Positions 40,471 through 48,429 of a stretch of DNA of 64,000 nucleotides are shown in pieces. The notes under the pieces are model-generated. The model made no database searches. It saw only the letters and a program-made list of their open reading frames with translations, and was not told the origin of the DNA. A program made the position numbers and the translations under genes. The DNA is from an uncultured Bacilli bacterium (GTDB lineage: Bacteria > Bacillota_I > Bacilli_A > RFN20 > CAG-449), in NCBI GenBank assembly GCA_947588815.1, contig CANQAG010000004.1, positions 26,193-90,192 on the forward strand, in the 5' to 3' direction. The first letter of the stretch is position 1, and the number at the start of each line of letters is the position of its first letter.

Positions 40471-40658
40471 ACTCCTTTCTTTAGTATAATAATGTTTTTA
40501 TCGTTTAATTTCAACAATTTATCAAATGATAGAGACTATTTAAAAAGCGACTTGAAGTGGCACTTAGAGATTAAATGGAATTATGGTGCTTTTTGTCTTA
40601 ACAAATCAAAATAGATAATATATAATGAGTGTAGTCATAACTAGGAGGAAAATTATCA

Positions 40659-41294
40659 ATGGAAGAGAAAATGCCACGTTATGTGAAGATTGCCCACGAT
40701 ATTTGTGGACGTATTTTAACTGGTGAATTCCCAGAAGGAACTATCCTAAAAGGAAGATCGATGTTAGCTTCGGTATACAATGTTTCGCCGGAAACCATCC
40801 GTAAAGCTGTGAACATCTTGGCGGAAGAAAAGATCATTGAGGTAAAACATGGAGTAGGAATTTTTGTCGACTCAGCTTTAAGAGCTCAACAATATGCTGA
40901 AAAATGGAAATCCAAAAATACGGTTAAAGAAAATTATTTAGCTGTTTCAGCTTTGATGGAAGAAGCAAAAAATATCAATCAAAAAATTGAAAAAGCCGTC
41001 GCCGAAATGCTCGATAACTTTAAATATCAAACTAATGAATCGATTATTTTCTCAGAGGTTGAAATTCCAACTGATTCATGGGTTAACGGAAAAACCATCG
41101 GTGAAGTTTACTTTTGGAACTACACTGAAGCGACGATCGTTGCCGTTGTTTCGAAAGATGATCATACAGCCCAAGCTTCTCCAGGACCGGATTTCCCATT
41201 ACGCGGAGGCGACAGATTAATTCTTGTTGGTAAGGATGATTTGTCATTCGAAAGAGTCTTAAGTTTCTTAACTTACGGCGTAGTTGAAGAATAA
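40659..41294 (+). CDS. GntR-family transcriptional regulator with C-terminal TrkA-C (RCK_C) ligand-binding domain
   Basis: N-terminal wHTH (GxxLPSERxL-like: EGTILKGRSMLASVYNVSPETIRKAV) and C-terminal GKTIGEV...RGGDRLILVG block. Confidence 0.7.
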   Translation: MEEKMPRYVKIAHDICGRILTGEFPEGTILKGRSMLASVYNVSPETIRKAVNILAEEKIIEVKHGVGIFVDSALRAQQYAEKWKSKNTVKENYLAVSALMEEAKNINQKIEKAVAEMLDNFKYQTNESIIFSEVEIPTDSWVNGKTIGEVYFWNYTEATIVAVVSKDDHTAQASPGPDFPLRGGDRLILVGKDDLSFERVLSFLTYGVVEE

Positions 41295-41304
41295 ATTATG
41301 AAAC

Positions 41305-41338
41305 AAAATCGCAACTTATTGAAAGTTGCGATTTTTTT
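41305..41338. terminator. rho-independent terminator overlapping the last codons of convergent trmH-like gene
   Basis: aaaatcgcaact-tattgaa-agttgcgatttt then T7. Confidence 0.6.
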
Positions 41339-42041
41339 GTTTGGCAAATTCGTAAAGGGCAATACTTACAGCATTTGGAAGGTTGAGAGAATCGATTGCT
41401 TGACTATGAGATATCAATAGACTGTGTTCATCGAGAAGTTCTTCAGGTAATCCGGTGGCTTCGTTTCCAAAAATAAGAGCGGTTTTAACATTTTCGAAAC
41501 GTTTGTTTTGTAAAGTTTCTTTTGCTTTAAGCATAAAAGTTATTTTTTGATGGTCGGGAAATTTTGTTAGATATTGTTCATAACTATCAAAGTATTCAAT
41601 ATTTAAAGAAAAGAAAGCTCCCATGGCACTTCTTAGAACTTTAGGATCGAAAATATCGACTCCCGGTTTTATAATAGCGACATCTTTGATGTTGAACCCT
41701 AAAGCGCTTCTTAAAATAGTTCCTACGTTGCCCATATTTGATGGATTGTATAAAACGATGTGGTCATTATTAATATCTAAGTGCGAACTATATTTTTTAA
41801 ATATTCCAACAATATAACAATTATCCTTTTGACATAATTTATTGATTAATTTATCGTTGATTATCATTTCTTTATTGCCTTTAAGGTCAGCGATTAAATT
41901 TAAAATCTCTTGATTTTTAAAAGAAGAATGAACGATGATTTTCAAAACATCTTGAGGATGATGTTTTAAAAGTTCGATAGTTGGAAAAGCTCCAAGAGTA
42001 TAAGAATAATAAGCATCTTTACGATATATTTTCAAATCCAT
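41316..42041 (-). CDS. TrmH/SpoU-family RNA 2'-O-methyltransferase
   Basis: 241 aa; SPOUT motifs YNPSNMGNVGTILRSA and ALIFGNEATGL. Confidence 0.8.
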   Translation of the reverse strand: MDLKIYRKDAYYSYTLGAFPTIELLKHHPQDVLKIIVHSSFKNQEILNLIADLKGNKEMIINDKLINKLCQKDNCYIVGIFKKYSSHLDINNDHIVLYNPSNMGNVGTILRSALGFNIKDVAIIKPGVDIFDPKVLRSAMGAFFSLNIEYFDSYEQYLTKFPDHQKITFMLKAKETLQNKRFENVKTALIFGNEATGLPEELLDEHSLLISHSQAIDSLNLPNAVSIALYEFAKQKNRNFQ

Positions 42042-42068
42042 ATTATCACCTTTCTAATTATAATATAA

Positions 42069-42106
42069 AAAAGTGGTTTAAGAAAAGTTAAGCCACTTTT
42101 TGTTTA
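42069..42106. terminator. probable terminator for yolD-like/uvrX operon
   Basis: aaaaaagtggtttaa-gaaaag-ttaagccactttttg hairpin (one G-U) flanked by A and T runs. Confidence 0.45.
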
Positions 42107-42234
42107 TTAGGGAATCGGAGAGAGAGCATTGTAGAGTTTTGATAAGTAAAGGGAATTAATTTAAATCTCTTTCTCCGAGTAGATTTAAATCTCTACGAAT
42201 ACATTAAAGCACAATTTAACATTTTTTCAAATAT

Positions 42235-42537
42235 TTAATTTATATTTAAAATATTTTCGTAAGAAATGATGATATTATCTACTTGAACCGCATTTAGATT
42301 TTTAAGCAAATGACAATAACCTTTAACCGTTTCAATAAAACCATCTTGGTAGTAAGTTATCGTTTTAAAGGTATTTTCGCAATTATTAAGTTGATAATTA
42401 ATTTCTGAAATTTGTTCGTCACTTAAAAGAGGCTTACTAATTTTCTGCTTATTTTTGATTGCTTTACGATATGTAGCATTCATATTATCGAGAGCAAAAA
42501 AAGGATTCCATTTTTTCATTCCGCGTTCATCATTCAT
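42235..42537 (-). CDS. YolD-like protein (accessory to Y-family polymerase)
   Basis: 100 aa; conserved KKWNPF motif; 4-nt overlap with upstream polymerase gene as in B. subtilis uvrX-yolD / yqjW-yqjX. Confidence 0.7.
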   Translation of the reverse strand: MNDERGMKKWNPFFALDNMNATYRKAIKNKQKISKPLLSDEQISEINYQLNNCENTFKTITYYQDGFIETVKGYCHLLKNLNAVQVDNIIISYENILNIN

Positions 42538-43784
42538 TTTCGATTGTGACCTCCTAATTTTTCATGTCTGCTTTTAGCAGTCGATGCTTTAGTTAAATCT
42601 TTTAGTCGTAAGACGCTTGAAGGACCATATTTCTTTTTAATAGAGTAAATCGCTCTTTGCAGAGCATATTTTTTTTCTAATTCTTCATATGTATGAAAAA
42701 GATCTAGTTGATAATGTGTTAATGGAATGAGACTTCCGATTGCTATCGATATTTTTCTAATTGGAGAACCATCGTAATATTTTAAAAATAACTGTTTAAA
42801 ACCTTCAAAAATAATTTCGTAATCAAAAGTCGGTTTATCAAGTTTTTGTTGTCGAGAAAAGCCACCGCCACAATCTTTTGAGTAATGAATATTAAGATGC
42901 AATGTTTGACCCATTAAATGTGAGAGTATCATCTTTAAAATTAAATCATCAGTCATTTCTTGAATTACCACCAAAATATCTTCTTGAAAATAATCTTCTA
43001 ATAAAACCTGTCCTATTGAAATAGAGCGGTCACAGGGAGAGTATTTTTCACGAATATCGCTATAGTCTAATCCATTCGCGTGATTGTAAATTTCTAAACC
43101 GATAATGCCAAGATGTTCTTTTAAAAATTGCTTGTTCGCTTTTTGAATATCACCCAATGAGAAAAAACCTAGGGCATTCAATCGCTTTTCCAAACGTTTT
43201 CCGATTCCCCATGTATTACTAAGCGGAGTGATTTTTGCCAATTTTTCTTTAACGATGGCACTTGGCCAATAAGCGATTCCGTCGGTGTTTTGTTTTGCTT
43301 CAGTGTCTAATGCAACTTTAGATGAAAATAATGAGTTGCTAATACCAATAGTAGCATATAATCCAGTATTTTTATTAAGCGATTTTAAAAGAGCTTTAGC
43401 GATTTCCAAGGGACTTTGTCGATAATATGAAAGATAATGCGTGAAATCTAAAAACGATTCATCGATTGAGTAAATATGAATGTCGTCATCGCCGACAAAA
43501 TCCAAAAAAACCTCAATTATTTTGCTAGAAATATTTAAATATCTTTCCATACGCGGTTTGGCATAGATGATATCATTTCTTTTAGGAAGTTCATATAAAC
43601 GTAAACGTGAAAGAATACCTTGTTCTTTAAGAAAAGGGGTTACTGAAAGAATTATTGTGCCACTACCGCGAGTTTTATCGCAGACAACTAAAGGAGTGTT
43701 TAATGGGTCAAAGCCACGATCTACACATTCCACAGAAGCGTAAAAAGCTTTGATATCGACACAAAAAATCACTTTTTCTTTCAT
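42534..43784 (-). CDS. Y-family DNA polymerase (UmuC/DinB/UvrX-like)
   Basis: 416 aa; N-terminal FCVDIKAFYASVE (catalytic D/E), little-finger C-terminal region. Confidence 0.9.
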   Translation of the reverse strand: MKEKVIFCVDIKAFYASVECVDRGFDPLNTPLVVCDKTRGSGTIILSVTPFLKEQGILSRLRLYELPKRNDIIYAKPRMERYLNISSKIIEVFLDFVGDDDIHIYSIDESFLDFTHYLSYYRQSPLEIAKALLKSLNKNTGLYATIGISNSLFSSKVALDTEAKQNTDGIAYWPSAIVKEKLAKITPLSNTWGIGKRLEKRLNALGFFSLGDIQKANKQFLKEHLGIIGLEIYNHANGLDYSDIREKYSPCDRSISIGQVLLEDYFQEDILVVIQEMTDDLILKMILSHLMGQTLHLNIHYSKDCGGGFSRQQKLDKPTFDYEIIFEGFKQLFLKYYDGSPIRKISIAIGSLIPLTHYQLDLFHTYEELEKKYALQRAIYSIKKKYGPSSVLRLKDLTKASTAKSRHEKLGGHNRK

Positions 43785-43884
43785 AAACCTAGTGTTTGAA
43801 GTTTTATTGATAATATTCTTTGCAAAATATTTAAAAAAAAATATAATTTAGTAAGTGTTAATAAACTAAAAGGAGAAGTAAATC

Positions 43885-44535
43885 ATGGGTAAAATGCTTT
43901 TAAAAAATATATGTCGAACATTGCTAAATGCTTTTTTGGCAGGAATGATGATCTCCTTAGGAGGAATTGTTTATTTAGCGACTGACAACAAACTTTTAGG
44001 CGCGTTTTTATTTTCAATCGGATTATTGACAATACTTCTTTATGGATATGATCTTTTTACCGGAAAAGTCGGTTACTTGTTAGAAAATAAAGCAGATTTT
44101 TTGTTTGAAACGATCATCACTTGGTTTGGTAACTTACTAGGAGCTTATGCGATGGGTGGGTTAGTAAGACTTACACGTCTTAACGAATTAGAAACATTCA
44201 AATCTACTTTAGTAACTATCGAAGCGACGAAATTTCATGATAATTATTTGTCGTTGTTGGTGATGGGATTTTTTTGTGGAATTTGCATTTATTTTGCTGT
44301 CAATTCTTATAAAAAAGCCGAACAACCGATAGCCCGTTTTCTTTTAGTGATCATGGGAGTAATGGTGTTTGTGGTTTGTGGTTTTGAACACTGCGTGGCC
44401 GACATGTTTTATTTTTCGTTGATTAATCCATTTTCAGGAGATACTATCGGTCGTCTTCTAACGATAACTTTAGGTAATACTTTAGGTGGTTTAATTATTC
44501 CGACATTAAGATTATTGCGAGGTAAATTAAGATGA
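43885..44535 (+). CDS. formate/nitrite transporter (FNT) family protein, short form
   Basis: 216 aa, 6 TM; FNT-like blocks LAGMMISLGG and GFEHCVADMFYF. Confidence 0.6.
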   Translation: MGKMLLKNICRTLLNAFLAGMMISLGGIVYLATDNKLLGAFLFSIGLLTILLYGYDLFTGKVGYLLENKADFLFETIITWFGNLLGAYAMGGLVRLTRLNELETFKSTLVTIEATKFHDNYLSLLVMGFFCGICIYFAVNSYKKAEQPIARFLLVIMGVMVFVVCGFEHCVADMFYFSLINPFSGDTIGRLLTITLGNTLGGLIIPTLRLLRGKLR

Positions 44536-45251
44536 AAATATACATGGAAAACGAATTGAAACTTCGTTCCTCTGATTACGATACTTATGATGAATTAACA
44601 CCCTATGCGATCCTCGATATTTTTCAAGATATTGCCGGAGAGCACGCGACTAAATTAGGATTAGGATTTCACGATATGATTTCTAAAAATCTTCTATGGG
44701 TTTTGCTTCGTACCAAATATGAAGTCGTGAAAATGCCACAGATGTATGAAAACGTCATCGTGAGCACTTGGCCGGAGGTTAAAGGTCGAGCAGATATGAA
44801 TCGTGATTACTTGATTAAAAATGATAAAGGTGAAGTACTTATAAAAGGAAAATCAAAATGGGTAGTTATCGATTTAAATAGCCGTCGTTTAGTAAGAGCC
44901 AGTAATGTTAATTATCCGGACGGTGAATATATTTTGGAGAATACTTTTGATGAACTTTATAAATTAGATGATTTTGATATTGAAAATTTAACTCCCCATC
45001 TAGTTCGCACTTCTTTTTCCGATCTTGATCATAACGGACATGTTAATAATGCCAGTTATGCTAATTACATAGTTGATGTTTTAAATTTGAAAAGGGAAGA
45101 AAAAATTAAAACTTTTGAAATAAATTACGAAAAAGAATTAATGCAAAATCAATGTTTCGAAGTATATGTTAAAAGAGACGACAAAGTAATTTTATTAAAA
45201 GGTTTAAAAGAAGACACTTTAATTTTTAAGGCAAAACTAGAATTAGTCTAA
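44532..45251 (+). CDS. acyl-ACP thioesterase
   Basis: 239 aa; tandem hot-dog layout with N-terminal YEVxxxD-like start and HVNNAxY block (DLDHNGHVNNASYANY). Confidence 0.8.
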   Translation: MKIYMENELKLRSSDYDTYDELTPYAILDIFQDIAGEHATKLGLGFHDMISKNLLWVLLRTKYEVVKMPQMYENVIVSTWPEVKGRADMNRDYLIKNDKGEVLIKGKSKWVVIDLNSRRLVRASNVNYPDGEYILENTFDELYKLDDFDIENLTPHLVRTSFSDLDHNGHVNNASYANYIVDVLNLKREEKIKTFEINYEKELMQNQCFEVYVKRDDKVILLKGLKEDTLIFKAKLELV

Positions 45252-45318
45252 TTTTTTAAAAAGTGAATCAAGTATCCTTGAATTATTTGGGCTAATCAAT
45301 TAATATAGATTAGCCAAT

Positions 45319-45394
45319 GGGGCTGTAGCTCACCTGGGAGAGCGCCTGATTTGCATTCAGGAGGTAGCGAGTTCGATCCTCGTCAGCTCCACCA
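45319..45394 (+). tRNA. tRNA-Ala (anticodon TGC)
   Basis: 76 nt cloverleaf: acceptor GGGGCUG/CAGCUCC with G3:U70 Ala identity pair, anticodon loop cuUGCau, T-arm GGTTCGATCC, encoded CCA. Confidence 0.9.
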
Positions 45395-45408
45395 ATTGCG
45401 ATAAAAAT

Positions 45409-45456
45409 AACCTCCGAATACGAACTGATGATAGTACCATATTTCGGAGGTTTTTT
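45409..45456 (+). terminator. terminator after tRNA-Ala
   Basis: aacctccgaa ... ttcggaggtt stem then T6. Confidence 0.55.
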
Positions 45457-45528
45457 AATATAGTAAATTCACTAGAAGACAAACATAGTTATGTGAATTT
45501 TTCAAAAAGTATAAAAGTATTCTTATAA

Positions 45529-46311
45529 CTAAGAATTTTTATTTTTTTCGGCAATCTGATCTAGTTCATATAAATAATCGATGCTCCAATCATAGCTTTT
45601 ACAAAACTCACCATGATAAGAACCGGTACCGGTTTTTAAATAATCCCAATAGTCGCATTGGATATGTGTTTTATCCAAAGTCAGCAAGGCTCTTTTAAAT
45701 CCCACGCAGTTTACACCGATATCGGTCAAGGTTTTTCGAAGTCTAAACACTGCGTTTCGATATAATATTTTAGCTTTTTCGATATCGGAATCTGCCCATA
45801 AACAAGTAATAGCGTCAGACATCGTTAAACTTTTTCCATTATAGGTTATTAGTAAGGCAAAAAGTTCTTTTGATTTTGAAGATGAAAATAAAACGAGGTT
45901 ACCATCAACAAAACAATCGAAACTATCGAACATTTTTACTGTAAGCAAGGGAACTCGTTTTTTGATAATATTTAAAAATTCCATAAGTTGTAGATTATCA
46001 TATGGTTTGTATAAAAAGCCAATCGTATTGGCTCGAATTCTTTCGCTTAAATCCTCGATAGTCACGGCCATTCCGGTAATAAAAACAATAGCAATATCTG
46101 GAATTATATCCAAAACTTTATTAGCTAAATCGATGCCGTTAATATTTGGCATACCAATGTCAGTAAAAATGGCATCTATTGGATTCTTGGAAATATATTC
46201 TAAGGCTAATTGAGAATCTTTAAAGAATTGGCATTCGATATCACAATCGATGACGTCATTTAAAAAGTATTGCAAAGATATAATTTCATCATCAATTACT
46301 ACTATTTTCAT
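45529..46311 (-). CDS. two-component response regulator: receiver + OmpR-like winged-helix (Trans_reg_C-like) + short C-terminal extension
   Basis: IVVIDDE...FTDIGMP receiver Asp pocket; C-terminal SKSKELFALLITYNGKSLTMSDAITCLW...FRLRKTL matches wHTH pattern. Confidence 0.75.
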   Translation of the reverse strand: MKIVVIDDEIISLQYFLNDVIDCDIECQFFKDSQLALEYISKNPIDAIFTDIGMPNINGIDLANKVLDIIPDIAIVFITGMAVTIEDLSERIRANTIGFLYKPYDNLQLMEFLNIIKKRVPLLTVKMFDSFDCFVDGNLVLFSSSKSKELFALLITYNGKSLTMSDAITCLWADSDIEKAKILYRNAVFRLRKTLTDIGVNCVGFKRALLTLDKTHIQCDYWDYLKTGTGSYHGEFCKSYDWSIDYLYELDQIAEKNKNS

Positions 46312-47674
46312 CTTCTACCTCCGTCTTATCGGTACTTAATATAATTTGTATACTTGTTCCTTTTCCTATGACACTTTTTATTGTTGGATCTACTCCAAGA
46401 AGTAGCGAAAACCTTTCGCAGGCATTTTTAATTCCGTGTGAATTGGAGAAAACTTTGTTTACGTCAAATCCTTTTCCGTTATCGTTAATTTCGATAAAGA
46501 CTTTTCCGTTTCGTTTGTAAGTAGAAATGATGATATATCCATTATCTTTTTTTTCGATGCCACTGTATTTTAGGGCATTTTCCACAAAGGGTTGAATAGA
46601 AAAAGGAGGAACTTTGAAGTCTGTATAATCGATATCATAGATAATTTCAATAGGATCTTTCTTTCCTAGATTTCTCAATTCCGCATAGGAGAAGACATTA
46701 TTCAATTCGGTTTCAAAAGGAATCAAATTATCATCAAAAGAATTAAGATTTCCGCGTAAAAAATTAGCAAAAAGATTGATACCTTTATCACCTAAAGCAA
46801 GGCTTTCGTGATAAAGTTCCCTAATTGATTCTAAAGAATTAAAAATAAAGTGAGGTTTAATTTGTTCTGATAAAAACTTTTTTTCATATAATTCTGCTTG
46901 TAATTTATAGACATTTGATTGTACAGCTTTTTTGTCAGTACGAATAGAAAATAATAGATAAACAATAATAAACATTAAATCAGATAAACTTGCATAGGTA
47001 AGAGAAAAACCGATAACTGATTCAAACGGCCCATTATATGAAAGAGTGTTGATATTTTGTACACCAAGGCCAAGACAAAATACCACGGTGGTAAAATAAG
47101 CGGTTAAAGTAAGATCTCCTTTTTTTCTACTGTTATAAAAAACGGCACAAAAATCAAGTACTAGCATAACAGCAATTATAAAATGAACAATATAACCATA
47201 GTTAAAATAACTGGAGATGGTGTAAATAGGTACAAAAAGAAAAGAGATTAAAAAAGAAAGTCGTAACCAATTTTTAAAATTGGAAAGACGATTTAAATAC
47301 ATTATATACTCGATACAACAAAAAGAGACAAGCACAAAGAAGGTCTCACTCAGTAAGCCAAAGACAATCTCTGGGATATAAATATCAAAGTTCCTAAGGA
47401 ATAATTGCATGTCGGTAGAAAATAAATAAAGGCCGAGAAGACATACAGCTAAAAAAACCGTGTGAATGGTTGAATCGTCAATTTTAAAGACCGAAACAAT
47501 TTCCACAATCAAAATAATTAATAGCAATAATAAAGAAGCAAAATAGAGACAACCTTCGGCAAAATTCGGAGAAGTACCGATATTTGCCGAAAAAAGTAGG
47601 TATTGAATCAAAATACTAATTAATCCAGGTAATATGATTGCTGAAATTAAAAGTGGTAATGTTCTCTTTTTCAT
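46292..47674 (-). CDS. sensor histidine kinase, multi-TM sensor + His_kinase (PF06580, LytS/YesM-type) + HATPase_c
   Basis: ~8 N-terminal TM helices; H-box HFIFNSLESI; G-box NDNGKGF; 20-nt overlap with RR gene. Confidence 0.8.
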   Translation of the reverse strand: MKKRTLPLLISAIILPGLISILIQYLLFSANIGTSPNFAEGCLYFASLLLLLIILIVEIVSVFKIDDSTIHTVFLAVCLLGLYLFSTDMQLFLRNFDIYIPEIVFGLLSETFFVLVSFCCIEYIMYLNRLSNFKNWLRLSFLISFLFVPIYTISSYFNYGYIVHFIIAVMLVLDFCAVFYNSRKKGDLTLTAYFTTVVFCLGLGVQNINTLSYNGPFESVIGFSLTYASLSDLMFIIVYLLFSIRTDKKAVQSNVYKLQAELYEKKFLSEQIKPHFIFNSLESIRELYHESLALGDKGINLFANFLRGNLNSFDDNLIPFETELNNVFSYAELRNLGKKDPIEIIYDIDYTDFKVPPFSIQPFVENALKYSGIEKKDNGYIIISTYKRNGKVFIEINDNGKGFDVNKVFSNSHGIKNACERFSLLLGVDPTIKSVIGKGTSIQIILSTDKTEVEDENSSN

Positions 47675-47954
47675 AGAAGTATTATAACATAATTTTTTGC
47701 ATTATTGATTTTTAATGTGTTTAAGATATTAAAAGTATGAAATATTATTTGCCAATTCTTAGGTATCATAATTTTTTACGATTAAACAAAATGAATTAAT
47801 GTTAAAAAAAGAAGCTGTTATCTGCTTGTTTTAACATAATTTTATTGATTTTTTGTCTTAATAACCGCAGGTAAATAGTGATTTTTATTGAGTCATAAAT
47901 TACTTTTTGATAAACTACACTTAGTTAGTATTAGATGTAGAAAGGTTTTATAAT

Positions 47955-48428
47955 ATGGAGACTGACAAACAAAAATTTGATGAATTATCAGCTTACATCG
48001 ATGAGATTGGGGCTACATCTCACGAATTGATCGCGGTTTTACACCGAGCGCAGCACATCTTTGGATACCTTCCTCGTGAAGTTCAAGAATTTGTCGCTGA
48101 CAAGTTGCACATTCCGGTTTCTAAAGTTTACGGTGTAGTTACCTTCTATTCTTTCTTTACGATGGAAAAGAAAGGGAAATATGTTATTAATGTTTGCTTA
48201 GGAACTGCATGTTTTGTTCGTGGCGCCGATAAAATTATGAAGGAGTTTGAAACGCGTTTAGGAATCAAAAACGGTGAAACTACCGAAGATGGAAAGTTCA
48301 CTTTATCTTCCTTACGCTGTGTTGGAGCTTGTGGATTAGCGCCGGTAGTTCAAGTGAATGGTAAAACTTACGGTAATGCGACAGTAGAAACCGTAAGTGA
48401 AATATTGAAAGAATACGGAGGAGAATAG
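47955..48428 (+). CDS. [FeFe]-hydrogenase-associated NuoE-like [2Fe-2S] thioredoxin-fold subunit (HydC/HndA-type)
   Basis: 157 aa; CxxxxC...CxxxC pattern (CLGTACF...CVGACGLAP). Confidence 0.85.
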   Translation: METDKQKFDELSAYIDEIGATSHELIAVLHRAQHIFGYLPREVQEFVADKLHIPVSKVYGVVTFYSFFTMEKKGKYVINVCLGTACFVRGADKIMKEFETRLGIKNGETTEDGKFTLSSLRCVGACGLAPVVQVNGKTYGNATVETVSEILKEYGGE

Positions 48429-48429
48429 A

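Noticed and set aside
40480-40658. Possible riboswitch or attenuator in the divergent region upstream of the GntR/TrkA-C gene
   Set aside because: Only weak, imperfect stems (aaagcgac...gtgcttttt) are present and no recognisable conserved riboswitch core was seen.
43785-43884. LexA/Cheo box upstream of the Y-family polymerase
   Set aside because: No CGAAC...GTTCG-like dyad is visible in the divergent promoter region. This cannot be excluded without a matrix scan.
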